Shown here one piece after another: positions 37,842-47,191 of a stretch of 64,000 bases of DNA. Position 1 is the stretch's first letter. The number at the start of each line of letters is the position of its first letter. Both the position numbers and the translations under genes were made by a program. The DNA is taken from assembly GCA_964460185.1 (NCBI GenBank), contig CAYWTM010000004.1, positions 3,151 to 67,150 of the forward strand, written 5' to 3'. The notes beneath the pieces were generated by a model, which saw nothing but the letters and a program-made list of their open reading frames with translations, was not told the DNA's origin and did no database searches. Origin of the DNA: an uncultured Roseicyclus sp. Lineage in GTDB: Bacteria; Pseudomonadota; Alphaproteobacteria; Rhodobacterales; Rhodobacteraceae.

Positions 37842-38762
37842 TTAGCGATACTCGGTGAGCAGCCGCTTCAATTCAGCCAGCAGGTCGCTGCGGTTTTCGT
37901 GGGTGAACACGGCCGCATGCGGTTGCAGAATGCAGTTGGGAACCTCGAGAAAACGCCGGTCGGGGTTGGGCTCGTTCTCGAACACGTCCAGTGCCGCGCC
38001 GGCGATCACACCGCGTTCAAGCGCGTCCAGCAAATCCTCCTCGACGACAACGGACCCGCGCGACACATTCACCACGAACCCTTGCGCGCCCAGCTCGCGA
38101 AGCACCGCTTCATTGATGATCCCGCGCGTCGCATCCCCGCCCACGCAGCACAGGATCAGCACGTCAACCGATCGCGCCAGCGCCATCAAGTCAGGTTCGA
38201 ACCGCCACACCACATCCTTGGCGCTGCGGCCGGTATAGGCCACGTCACAGCCAAGCGCCGATAGTTTTTCCGCCACCCGGCTGCCGATGCGCCCAAGCCC
38301 GACGATGCCGACCTTGCGCCCCGACACCCGCCACCCCATCGGAGCACGTCCGCGCGACCAGTCCCCCTGGCGCACAAAGCCATCATTGCTGACCACGCGA
38401 CGCAAAAGGGCAAAGGTCAGTGCGACGGCCGCCTCGGCGGTGTCCTCGGTCATGACGGAACCGGTCGCTTCCACGATGACATCACGCGCCGCCAGTCCGG
38501 GCACATCATAAGCGTCCATTCCGGCGCCGAGACTGACAATCGTGGTCAGTCCGGGCAGGTGCGCCACATCTGCAACCTTTGCCCCGGCCATGGCGTTGCT
38601 GATACCGTGCGTGATGGCCGCACGCGCGCCGGGGCCCAGCGCCGCAACCCCCGCAGCATCCAGCAAATCGTAGTCGTCTGCCAGACCTGCGCGCATATCG
38701 GGCGCGACCGGCCCCAGAACGGCGATTTTCCGGCGGTGGCCAGGCGTGTCATCAGCGGGCAT
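37842..38762 (-). CDS. D-isomer-specific 2-hydroxyacid dehydrogenase
   Basis: VGIVGLGRIGSRVA NAD motif and the C-terminal catalytic region VSRGSVV...LQPHAAVFT. Confidence 0.9.
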   Translation of the reverse strand: MPADDTPGHRRKIAVLGPVAPDMRAGLADDYDLLDAAGVAALGPGARAAITHGISNAMAGAKVADVAHLPGLTTIVSLGAGMDAYDVPGLAARDVIVEATGSVMTEDTAEAAVALTFALLRRVVSNDGFVRQGDWSRGRAPMGWRVSGRKVGIVGLGRIGSRVAEKLSALGCDVAYTGRSAKDVVWRFEPDLMALARSVDVLILCCVGGDATRGIINEAVLRELGAQGFVVNVSRGSVVVEEDLLDALERGVIAGAALDVFENEPNPDRRFLEVPNCILQPHAAVFTHENRSDLLAELKRLLTEYR

Positions 38763-38893
38763 GGGGCACCTTCATTCGGTCAGGCGCAACAGCGCGCCTG
38801 GCCGGGTCTTATCGAAAAGCGCACAGCTCTGAAAGCGGACTGCCCCGCATGTCGATACGACATGGGTTCGCCGGGCGCGCATAGGGCACTTCG

Positions 38894-39658
38894 CTATGGC
38901 TTGAACACCGGCGCGCGCTTTTCGCGGAATGCCGCCATGGCCTCGGCGCTGTCGTCAGACGTGGACAGCGCCTTGGTCTGCCCCTGTTCGAAACGGTACC
39001 CCTCATAGATCGACAGGTTCTCGGTCATCTGGAACGACGCCTTGGCCGCGCGCACCGCCGACGGGCTGGCCCGGGCAATGTCCCGCGCGATACCCATCGC
39101 CGTTTCCATCAGGTCTTCGGGCGCGGTACAGGCCGATACGACCCCCATCCGCAGCAGGTCGGGGCCATAGATGCGCCGGGCCGTGAACAGCATCAGGCGT
39201 GCATCGGATTCGCCCAGATGACGCCGCACATGGGCGACACCACCGGCCAGACCCACATTGACCTCGGTCATCTGCAGGTACCCTTTTTCCGAAAACACAA
39301 GGATGTCACAGCACAGCGCCGTCACGCAGCCCGCGCCGATGGCCGGCCCGTTGACCGCAGCGATGATCGGCTTGGGACATTCGATGAGGCAATCGAAACT
39401 GGCCCGGACCCGGCGGTTATGCGCGGTATAGTTTCCCGGGTCCTGCGTCGGCCGTTCGGACAAATCGGCACCGGCGGAAAACGCCTTGCCTTCGCCGGTC
39501 AGGACGATGGCGCGCACGTCGGTCCTGTCGCCAAGGCTGTCGATGACACCCTGCATTTCGTCGCGCAGCTTGTTGTTCTGCGCATTGACCGGGGGGCGGG
39601 TGATCGTGACACGCGCGATGTAGTCGCTGATCTCGACCTTGAGTGTTTCAAGCTCCAT
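38894..39658 (-). CDS. enoyl-CoA hydratase/isomerase family protein
   Basis: FSAGADLSE and GPAIGAGC crotonase motifs. Start ATG at 39658. Confidence 0.9.
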   Translation of the reverse strand: MELETLKVEISDYIARVTITRPPVNAQNNKLRDEMQGVIDSLGDRTDVRAIVLTGEGKAFSAGADLSERPTQDPGNYTAHNRRVRASFDCLIECPKPIIAAVNGPAIGAGCVTALCCDILVFSEKGYLQMTEVNVGLAGGVAHVRRHLGESDARLMLFTARRIYGPDLLRMGVVSACTAPEDLMETAMGIARDIARASPSAVRAAKASFQMTENLSIYEGYRFEQGQTKALSTSDDSAEAMAAFREKRAPVFKP

Positions 39659-39802
39659 CAATCGTCTTTCCGGGCAGAATGCATGTTGCAAGGTTCCTTG
39701 CACAAAGGCCCATACCGCACAAGTTAAAACCTAATTATATAGTTTTTCGAAGGCCTGGCGTGGTGACGGACTCACCATTGCGGATCGTTTCGACATGGCG
39801 GG

Positions 39803-40126
39803 TCAACGCGCGCCTTGTGTGCTTTCTCCGACACGGTCAGGCGCGCTGGGCGAGGGGAGCAAGTCCATTTCCGCCTCCAGCATGCCCAGGCCCTTCGGCT
39901 TCTTTTCCCGGTATCGGATGATGCGTTTGAGTTTGGGAAAATGCGACCAGTCCCACGACGAATAGCTGCCGCCCATCGCCACCGAAATCTTGCGCATCGA
40001 AAAGCCGAAGCGGTCTTCGCACACGACCTCGACCACGGTGCCCGGCTGGACGGGGCAGCCCTTGCCATCATGGATGATCCAGGGGCCCCAGTCTTCGCCG
40101 CCGTCATGCTTCCAAGATGTCGCCAT
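39803..40126 (-). CDS. hypothetical 107-aa protein
   Basis: High GC3 in this frame. No recognisable domain. Lies 147 bp downstream of the dynamin operon on the same strand. Confidence 0.55.
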   Translation of the reverse strand: MATSWKHDGGEDWGPWIIHDGKGCPVQPGTVVEVVCEDRFGFSMRKISVAMGGSYSSWDWSHFPKLKRIIRYREKKPKGLGMLEAEMDLLPSPSAPDRVGESTQGAR

Positions 40127-40273
40127 TCCATCCTCGCTGTTGGAGCCTGTTCAGACGGTAAGCCTCAGTGTGCATGAATCATAAACCGGTCCGCGAATTG
40201 TGCAACAAGGGGGGATTGCACATGCGATGCGCAACGGCAGGGGAACGCGGATGATCGAAACGCAGACGATCGG

Positions 40274-41599
40274 TCAGGCTTCCGCATCGAATGCCCGGCA
40301 CATCCGGTTGAGCGATATCTGCGCAAGCCCGGAGCTTACGACCGACGCATCCACAAGGATGAAGACAAGCCCGACATCCGGGATGACCTGAAACAGCAAC
40401 CGGTGCTTGTGCATCGACAGGTTCAGGGATGAAACTTTCCCGCGCATGTCGGAAACGCCGAAGGCCGTGGTGAGGCGGCGCAGGGTTTCGTCACACAACA
40501 TCCCGAGTTCGCGGCACGTCGTTTCGTCACCTGCCAAGACTTCGGATGCATCCGGCGCAGAAAACAGCGTCACGCCCACGGCACGGGCCCCCGCCAGGTT
40601 GCCGGCCATCTGCCTCAGACTATCCGTGACATCTGCCACGCCCGGGCCGGACTGGTTGGCCCGTGGTGCCGCGATCCTGGCTTTCGGCGCCTCAACTGGC
40701 GTCGGCTTGGGGTCCGGGGCGACGCCAGCCATATCCTCCGCGATATCCGGAACGTCCGCTGTGGCATCCTCCACATCGGGCGCGCCATCCCCCGAGGCCA
40801 CCGACCGGGCGCGGAATTCAGCGATGTCGCAGATGTCACCCGCATCGCCCGCAGGACGCGCCGGGGCTTCCTCGAGAACCGAACCCGGGTTGCGGATCCC
40901 CGGGCCGAAGGACCGGATGGTCGACAGGATTTCAGGCGCGCCCGTTTCGATCCAGACATCTTCGGAACCGGCGGCGGCGTCGATGGTCTGGCGAAACCCA
41001 CACACGAAGATACAGCTGTCGAAATAGGGGCCGGTTTCCCTGACCAGGCGTTCCCTGAGGCGGCGTCGGTCACGGGCGGTGCGCAGCTTGTCTGCCCTCG
41101 ACACCGCCAGGATCCCGTGTCTTGGGCGGGCATCGCCCAACTGCTCGACGATGCTCTGTTCCGTCAATCGCCAGGCCTGGGATGCGATGGTAACCCAGAT
41201 CATGACATCGCAAGACCCGATCAGGCGGCACTGTGCCTCGGTCAGATCCGAGGCGGTCGTCAGCGGCACTTCAACCAGTTCGACCCCGACAAGATGCGCC
41301 TGATCCGTCCAGAGTTGCACCTTTGCGGCGCCGCGAAATACATCGGGGTCCGCAGCACCGTCACACCTCGTGTGCTGGCCGTCAGCATCGTGAATGTCCA
41401 GACCCGCCTGTGCACGGTACGACGCAACGATGACAGGCCGGCTGTCGCGGCCGACATTGTCCGGCAGGACCCGCGCGCGCAGCAGTGCGTTGAGAACCGT
41501 GGACTTTCCCGAACTGATCTCGCCGCACACGGCAACCTTGAGCACCGGCCAGTTGTTGGTCCGCGCCGCATCGTCGATGACGGTCTGCTGTGTCGGCAT
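40274..41599 (-). CDS. short dynamin-family GTPase with degenerate G3 and a C-terminal Roadblock/LC7-like domain
   Basis: P-loop GEISSGKSTVLNALL. G4-like SRAD. The G3 position reads EVPL instead of DTPG. The last ~110 aa align by pattern to the standalone Roadblock protein (HRLLFQVIPDVGLVFILVDASVVSSGLAQISL versus LHLIRPLASNPAIFLYLAVERKTANLGMARLAL). GAGGAT RBS before ATG 41599. Confidence 0.8.
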   Translation of the reverse strand: MPTQQTVIDDAARTNNWPVLKVAVCGEISSGKSTVLNALLRARVLPDNVGRDSRPVIVASYRAQAGLDIHDADGQHTRCDGAADPDVFRGAAKVQLWTDQAHLVGVELVEVPLTTASDLTEAQCRLIGSCDVMIWVTIASQAWRLTEQSIVEQLGDARPRHGILAVSRADKLRTARDRRRLRERLVRETGPYFDSCIFVCGFRQTIDAAAGSEDVWIETGAPEILSTIRSFGPGIRNPGSVLEEAPARPAGDAGDICDIAEFRARSVASGDGAPDVEDATADVPDIAEDMAGVAPDPKPTPVEAPKARIAAPRANQSGPGVADVTDSLRQMAGNLAGARAVGVTLFSAPDASEVLAGDETTCRELGMLCDETLRRLTTAFGVSDMRGKVSSLNLSMHKHRLLFQVIPDVGLVFILVDASVVSSGLAQISLNRMCRAFDAEA

Positions 41600-41610
41600 T
41601 GCGGATATCC

Positions 41611-43731
41611 TCAGGCGGCTTCGGGCAGGTCGGATCGGGACAGCGCGCTGTCAAGCGCCGACAGGTTCAGCAAAAGACGTTCCAGCACCTCCATTCGGCT
41701 TTGCAGACGCCGGACCAGATTGGCCCGCATCTCGGGATCATGGGCGATCTTTTCCATCTCGGCCTTGTCCTGCTTCAATCGAAGAGTGTGTTCGGCAAGG
41801 CTGTCCTCGACCATGCGCAGCATGACCTGAATCCGTGACATGCCTGCTGTCGCGCGTTCCACCTGCGCCTCGTTGAAGGCCGCAAGGATCTGCTCGACCG
41901 ATGGTCTCAATTCGGCGGCGGCAATCAAATGCAGGGCGGCGAGTGACCTCTCGATATTGACCGTCCTTTGGCGCCAGAACGCCCAGCCGCGATCTGCGAT
42001 CAGCCCCGCGCGCAGGGTCCGCCTTGGCAGGGTCAGGGTCGACATGAACTCTGCATAGGGCAGATCGTCCAACGCGATGTTCTCGGACGGGTCCTGGAAC
42101 TTGTCCTTGATGGCGTGGCGGCAGGCATGGATGCAGTTGTTCAGCGCGACATCCGTGGCGGCCCGCGATTTTTCATAGTATCGCAGCACGTCCCTTTCGA
42201 TCGCGAACTGAAGCGGTGTCGTCTCGATCTCCAGCGCCTTCGTGGCCTGGCCCCGGACGGACGATCTGAACAGGTGTTCCTCAAAGACCGCCTTCTGGCT
42301 TTCCACGAAGGTTTCGATCGACGACAAAAGCTTCCCTTCCAGACTGGTCCAGGATTTCGTCACCACCTTTTCGATCTGCAGATCAGCGGCTTCGACATGC
42401 GCGGCGATTTCTGACTGCACCTTGCGCATGCTTGCGATTTCCGACTCGAGTTCTGCAGCGGCGGCTTCGGCGATGTCGGCCCGGATGCTTTCCACCTGCA
42501 ATTGCAGGGCGTCACGGTTGCGTTTCGCCACGAACTGCGTGCCGGTCAGTTCTGCGCGGATGTCGCCCAGAAGCTGACCCAGCTGCCTGGTCCCGACACC
42601 GTTGTCGATGATCTCCGACAGCGTCGCCTTGACCTCATTCAACCCGGAGGCCAGCAGCAACCGCTCGGCCCGATCGTTCGGAACATGGCCATGCCTGGAC
42701 CGGATATACTCCGCCAGTTCGGGCGTATCCACGGATGCCCGGGCCGCTTCCACCTCGTCGTCATCACGCATCACGAGATCGGCCAGATATGCGCTGCCTG
42801 CCACGATCTTGAACTCGATGTCCGGGATGGCATCGCGCAACCGGCGCGAAACATCCGCCATCACCCGGGGCACCTCGGTGCTGTAGTCATCCAGTTCGTC
42901 GATGCGGTTCACATAGATCAACACATCTTTCGCATCCTGCTTTGCCAGAATGCGGATCAGCGCAACGTCGACCTCGGTAAGGGGTTGATGCGCAGACAGA
43001 ACAACGATGAACACATCCGATTTGTCCAGGCTGCGGCAGGTGAATTCATCGCGCACAAGGAACGGATCGTTCACGCCGGGCGTGTCCGTGAGTATGGTAG
43101 GAACCTGAAAATCAGGCACCCGCAAATACAGATTGGCCACCTTGGTCAGGGCGGCATAGCGGCCCAGCGACTTGTCATCCAGATCATGGTCGGATCCGGG
43201 GCCGGCACAAACATATCGCTTCAACAGATCGGGCGTCAGGAAATCATAGTCGTGCTTGCTGCCAAGCAGGGTGTGATAGTAATTTCCCAACCGCTTCTTG
43301 GCGCGTTCGCGCATCTCTTCGCTCTGCCGTTGCAGAAGATCGGTGTCGAACCCCGGCAAGAGCTGCTCGGTCAGTTTGCGGACCTTGGAGCCGCCCGACA
43401 TGATCTCTTGCCAGTCCTTTTCATCAAAGAATTCGAACCGCGCGCCGAATGACGGATCCTTGGGCAGGTTTATCCGAACATTCGTCACCACCGACGTCCA
43501 TGGGTTCACGTCCGAGGGCAGAAATTCGTGCTGTTCCAGGAAAGCATTCAGAAAGGTCGATTTACCGGCCTTGACCTGCCCGATCACGGCGACCTTGGCA
43601 GCCCATTGATCCAACCGCTGCCTGAGGTCCTGGAAATTCTGCCACGTCTTGCGGTCAACCATGGTTTGCAGGCGGTCGAGCGTTTCACGCAGGAAATCCA
43701 GCTCTCTCCGCTGATTGGGCGCGATCTTCAC
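41611..43731 (-). CDS. long dynamin-family GTPase (bacterial dynamin-like protein)
   Basis: G1 GQVKAGKSTFLN, G3 DTPGVND, G4 NRID, then a long helical stalk. The GTG start overlaps the upstream stop (GTGA). Confidence 0.9.
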   Translation of the reverse strand: MKIAPNQRRELDFLRETLDRLQTMVDRKTWQNFQDLRQRLDQWAAKVAVIGQVKAGKSTFLNAFLEQHEFLPSDVNPWTSVVTNVRINLPKDPSFGARFEFFDEKDWQEIMSGGSKVRKLTEQLLPGFDTDLLQRQSEEMRERAKKRLGNYYHTLLGSKHDYDFLTPDLLKRYVCAGPGSDHDLDDKSLGRYAALTKVANLYLRVPDFQVPTILTDTPGVNDPFLVRDEFTCRSLDKSDVFIVVLSAHQPLTEVDVALIRILAKQDAKDVLIYVNRIDELDDYSTEVPRVMADVSRRLRDAIPDIEFKIVAGSAYLADLVMRDDDEVEAARASVDTPELAEYIRSRHGHVPNDRAERLLLASGLNEVKATLSEIIDNGVGTRQLGQLLGDIRAELTGTQFVAKRNRDALQLQVESIRADIAEAAAAELESEIASMRKVQSEIAAHVEAADLQIEKVVTKSWTSLEGKLLSSIETFVESQKAVFEEHLFRSSVRGQATKALEIETTPLQFAIERDVLRYYEKSRAATDVALNNCIHACRHAIKDKFQDPSENIALDDLPYAEFMSTLTLPRRTLRAGLIADRGWAFWRQRTVNIERSLAALHLIAAAELRPSVEQILAAFNEAQVERATAGMSRIQVMLRMVEDSLAEHTLRLKQDKAEMEKIAHDPEMRANLVRRLQSRMEVLERLLLNLSALDSALSRSDLPEAA

Positions 43732-45236
43732 GGCTTTCTCCTATTCACCACATGCTGCACAAGCGCGTGGGCCACATCTTGATGTGTGTCATCGCGACGT
43801 GGCGCACCTATGGCCGGGGCGTTCTGCTGTCCGTCCAGTGTCACGATCAGCTCTTCGACGCAGCTCAGCACCATGTCGGCATCGGCGAGATCGACACCGC
43901 GCACCAGGTCTTCCCAGATGGATCGCGCGGTTGCCGGTTGCACGACGTCCGGGGGCGGTGACACGGCTGGCGCTTCTTCCTCGGAGGCGAGGGACACCAG
44001 GAGATGCACATTGTCTGCAATGCTTGTATCGAACTCGGGGTCCGCCTCGGGGCCAAGGTCATCCTCCGTCGCGACCGTTGGCTCGATGACCTCTTCCTGC
44101 TCGGCCTCAGGCTCGGCAGCCTCTTCCGTCGCGACCGTTGGCTCGTCAGCCTCCTCCTGCTCGGCCTCAGGCTCGGCAGCCTCTTCCGTCGCGACCGTTG
44201 GCTCGTCAGCCTCCTCCTGCTCGGCCTCCGGCTCGTCCCACTGCAAGCCGATCAGCGCCGCCAGAAGCGATTGTTCCGGGTCGCTCGCAGTTTGCGCCGC
44301 ATCCTCTTCGGGATGTCGTGCGACGATCTGCGGTTCGGTCACCTCATGATGCGCCGGGGTTTGAGATTGGGCAGCGTCTGGCGGAACGCCGGGTGGGGCC
44401 TGCTCGATAATGGTTTCTACTCTCGGCGCGATGGTGCCGGCGCTCACGCGCCGCGGGATCACGCGCCGGGGTATGACCGGCGTTCTTGCCGCCGCCCGTC
44501 GGAACACCTCGAAGACATCCGCGATCTGTTCGGAGGTCTGTTCCAAAGGCCCAAAGCCCTGCGTCAGCGTTTCAAGATGCGCTCGGATCGTCGCGATGTC
44601 ACCCTCGTCCAACAGCGACGCCATCAGGAAGTGTTTGAAATAGAACTCCGCGTCGCGGCGAACCCGGCGCAGGACCCGATCACCGGCACGTTCGTCCGGC
44701 AAACGGTCGGCGTGGGTCATCAAGAGCGTCGCGTCGAAAAGCAGGCGATCGGGCATTTCATTCCAAACCGACTTTTCGCTTTGCCGCCAGGCCTGGGTCG
44801 CATTGGTGCACCAGATCACCGCGTCCGCGTGATCCAGCATCCATTCCCAGCTCTGCGTGGGTATGTTCGGATCCGATGTGCCGGGCGTGTCGATGATATC
44901 GCAGGCTTCCAGGATCGGCGCGGGATGCGACAAGATGCAATACCGGGTATCATCGACCGTGACGCTATCCAGAGACGCGACTTCCCGGGTCTGGCCATCC
45001 AGACCGACCGTCATGCAGAACCTTTCGCCCGCGATCAGCCAGACCGGCGGCAACGCGGTGGCGGTCACGTTGGACGGCAGAATGCGCTCTCCCAAAAGAC
45101 CGTTGATCAACTTGGTCTTTCCGGCGCTGAATTCGCCCGCGACCATCAGCCTGGGCTTGCGGCCGCGCTTTTGGCCTTCTGATGCGTCCATGCCGCCGTC
45201 TTGCGCGGTCTCGGGTGTGGTGCCCATGTATGTCAT
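43728..45236 (-). CDS. short dynamin-family GTPase with an acidic tandem-repeat region
   Basis: G1 GEFSAGKTKLIN, G3 DTPGTSD, G4 THAD. Contains EPEAEQEEADEPTVATEEAA repeats. The ATG overlaps the upstream stop (ATGA). Confidence 0.85.
   Translation of the reverse strand: MTYMGTTPETAQDGGMDASEGQKRGRKPRLMVAGEFSAGKTKLINGLLGERILPSNVTATALPPVWLIAGERFCMTVGLDGQTREVASLDSVTVDDTRYCILSHPAPILEACDIIDTPGTSDPNIPTQSWEWMLDHADAVIWCTNATQAWRQSEKSVWNEMPDRLLFDATLLMTHADRLPDERAGDRVLRRVRRDAEFYFKHFLMASLLDEGDIATIRAHLETLTQGFGPLEQTSEQIADVFEVFRRAAARTPVIPRRVIPRRVSAGTIAPRVETIIEQAPPGVPPDAAQSQTPAHHEVTEPQIVARHPEEDAAQTASDPEQSLLAALIGLQWDEPEAEQEEADEPTVATEEAAEPEAEQEEADEPTVATEEAAEPEAEQEEVIEPTVATEDDLGPEADPEFDTSIADNVHLLVSLASEEEAPAVSPPPDVVQPATARSIWEDLVRGVDLADADMVLSCVEELIVTLDGQQNAPAIGAPRRDDTHQDVAHALVQHVVNRRKP
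44041..44236 (-). repeat. 60-bp in-frame tandem repeat (about 3.3 copies)
   Basis: 44101-44160 and 44161-44220 are identical. 44041-44100 is a diverged copy, followed by a partial fourth copy. Encodes a 20-aa acidic unit. Confidence 0.95.
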
Positions 45237-47191
45237 GCCGAAAGCTTCTTGTGTTCGGGGTCCAGAACGCCGCCGTCCCCCTTGGAGCGCTCAAAGACCG
45301 CTTTGCAGAACCTTGCCTGATCCATTGCAAACGCGTCGACAATCGCACGCGTCCGTTCGACGGCAGGATCGAAAACGTCATTGATGAGATCGTCGATCAA
45401 TGGGCTCGTCTCGGCCAGAATTACGGCCTCATATCGCTTGCGCGCCTTGCTCACGGCACCGAAGCGCCAGTACTTGCGCCACCATGGCCCCTGCAGATCC
45501 AGTGACAGCGTCCGCGCCAGAATGGTGGGCGGTTTTTCTGCGGGTTGTTCGGGAAAATCGACCGTCCCGCCATCGCGGAAAACACCCAGATCGTTTTCGA
45601 GTATTTCCTGAACGCCATCGAGTAGGATATCGAAGGCGATCTCACCCTCGCGCCGCAACTTGGCGCAGCACGACGTGAAAGCGGTCTTCATCATCATCCG
45701 CAACACGGTTGGGTCGTGGTTCCAGGATCCGATTTCGCCAAAGGCCTCGATATGGGCCTGAAGGGCCTCGAGGGCGGACGCCAGAAAGGTGGTCTGTGCC
45801 CGTTCCAGCCGCCCGCGCAGCATGTTGCGCAATTCGTCGGCATTGGTGTCGAGACTGTGAAGGGCCTTGTCCCGCAGATCAGAGAGCTGTGCGTTGAGCT
45901 CAGCCGCCGACAGGTTGCCCGGAGACGCAAGCTTGACGTTCTTCTGGTCCGCCAGGTTCTCGACGGTTTCGCTCATCTCGATGATCATGTTGATCTCGTT
46001 CTGAACGTCATTGAGGATCGCCGATCCCGGCCCTTCGATCACCCGGCGGGCGATGGCCCTCAGCAATTCATAAACCCCCGAGGCCTCCATCGCGCGGGTG
46101 CGCAGCAGTTCGGGGTCAGACGTGTCGTCGCCATAGAGATGCGCCAGGGCGGCGCGGCTTGCGGGGGCCATGACCGCCGTGGGGTCGATGGCGCAATTCG
46201 CCCAGTATCCGCTGCCGAACAGGATCTGGACCTCTTCACCCAGGCCCAACCGCTTGAGCGTTTTCTCGATGGACGCGCGGATCTTTTCCTTCTCGCCTTC
46301 GGGGTCTTCCAACTCGTCGATGCGATTGACGAAAATCAGGACTTCGCGGGCTTCGACGCTGCAGATGATCCGCAAAAGCGCGACATCCATGGTCGACAGG
46401 GCCTGGTGCGCCGACAACACGACAACACAGACCCGACTGTCGCTGATCGCGTTCAGCGTGATCTGTTCACGCATCATGAAAGTGTCGTTCACACCCGGCG
46501 TGTCCCGCAGGCACAAGCCTTTTGGCAGATAAGGCAGATCCAGATATAGGTCGGCCGATTTCGTGATATCGGCAAAAACCCCTTCCAGGGTGCCATCGGC
46601 CGGATCATCGGGATCACCGTAGCAGATGTAGCGATTGATCGTGTCTTTCTTCAGATCCGGAAAGACATGGCTTTTTCCAAGCAGTCGTTCGAATTCATCG
46701 CCCAGCCTGGCCTCGGTCGTCTGGCGCATCTCGCTGACCTGCAAACGAACCTCTGCCGCTTCCGTCGCAAAGCCGGCCCGTTCTGCCATCTCGCCAAGAC
46801 GCCCGCCGGTTGCCACCAGCCGATCCCATTCATGCGCATCAAAGAACCGGAACAACGCCCGTGTGTTCAGGGGGCGATGGCGGCTGTTGAGATGCAGGGC
46901 CGTGATGACGGACGTCCAGGGATTCACATCCGACGGCAGCATCTCCGTTTGCCCGACCAGCGCGTTGAGCAGCGTGCTTTTGCCTGACTTGACCTGTCCG
47001 ATGATGCTGACCGACGGCTCGAAGGCGTAGATCTTTTCGATGACCCGCTCGATGGGTTCTTCCACAAAGGTGAGCGCCGTTTCCGAAAACTGCTTCAATG
47101 CGCGTTCGAGCGTGTCCAGCCGCTCCCACAGTGCATTGAGTTCTTCGAATCCTTCGCGGTGCTTTTCGAAATTGGTTTCGGCGCGGGGCAT
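45233..47191 (-). CDS. long dynamin-family GTPase (bacterial dynamin-like protein)
   Basis: G1 GQVKSGKSTLLN, G3 DTPGVND, G4 NRID. Start ATG at 47191 with a GGGAGA RBS; the longest ORF runs to 47233. Confidence 0.9.
   Translation of the reverse strand: MPRAETNFEKHREGFEELNALWERLDTLERALKQFSETALTFVEEPIERVIEKIYAFEPSVSIIGQVKSGKSTLLNALVGQTEMLPSDVNPWTSVITALHLNSRHRPLNTRALFRFFDAHEWDRLVATGGRLGEMAERAGFATEAAEVRLQVSEMRQTTEARLGDEFERLLGKSHVFPDLKKDTINRYICYGDPDDPADGTLEGVFADITKSADLYLDLPYLPKGLCLRDTPGVNDTFMMREQITLNAISDSRVCVVVLSAHQALSTMDVALLRIICSVEAREVLIFVNRIDELEDPEGEKEKIRASIEKTLKRLGLGEEVQILFGSGYWANCAIDPTAVMAPASRAALAHLYGDDTSDPELLRTRAMEASGVYELLRAIARRVIEGPGSAILNDVQNEINMIIEMSETVENLADQKNVKLASPGNLSAAELNAQLSDLRDKALHSLDTNADELRNMLRGRLERAQTTFLASALEALQAHIEAFGEIGSWNHDPTVLRMMMKTAFTSCCAKLRREGEIAFDILLDGVQEILENDLGVFRDGGTVDFPEQPAEKPPTILARTLSLDLQGPWWRKYWRFGAVSKARKRYEAVILAETSPLIDDLINDVFDPAVERTRAIVDAFAMDQARFCKAVFERSKGDGGVLDPEHKKLSA

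Noticed and set aside
44041-44236. Could the 60-bp direct repeats be a CRISPR array or a mobile-element terminus?
   Set aside because: The units are contiguous with no spacers. They are in frame within a long ORF and encode a sensible acidic peptide repeat. No cas or transposase genes are present.
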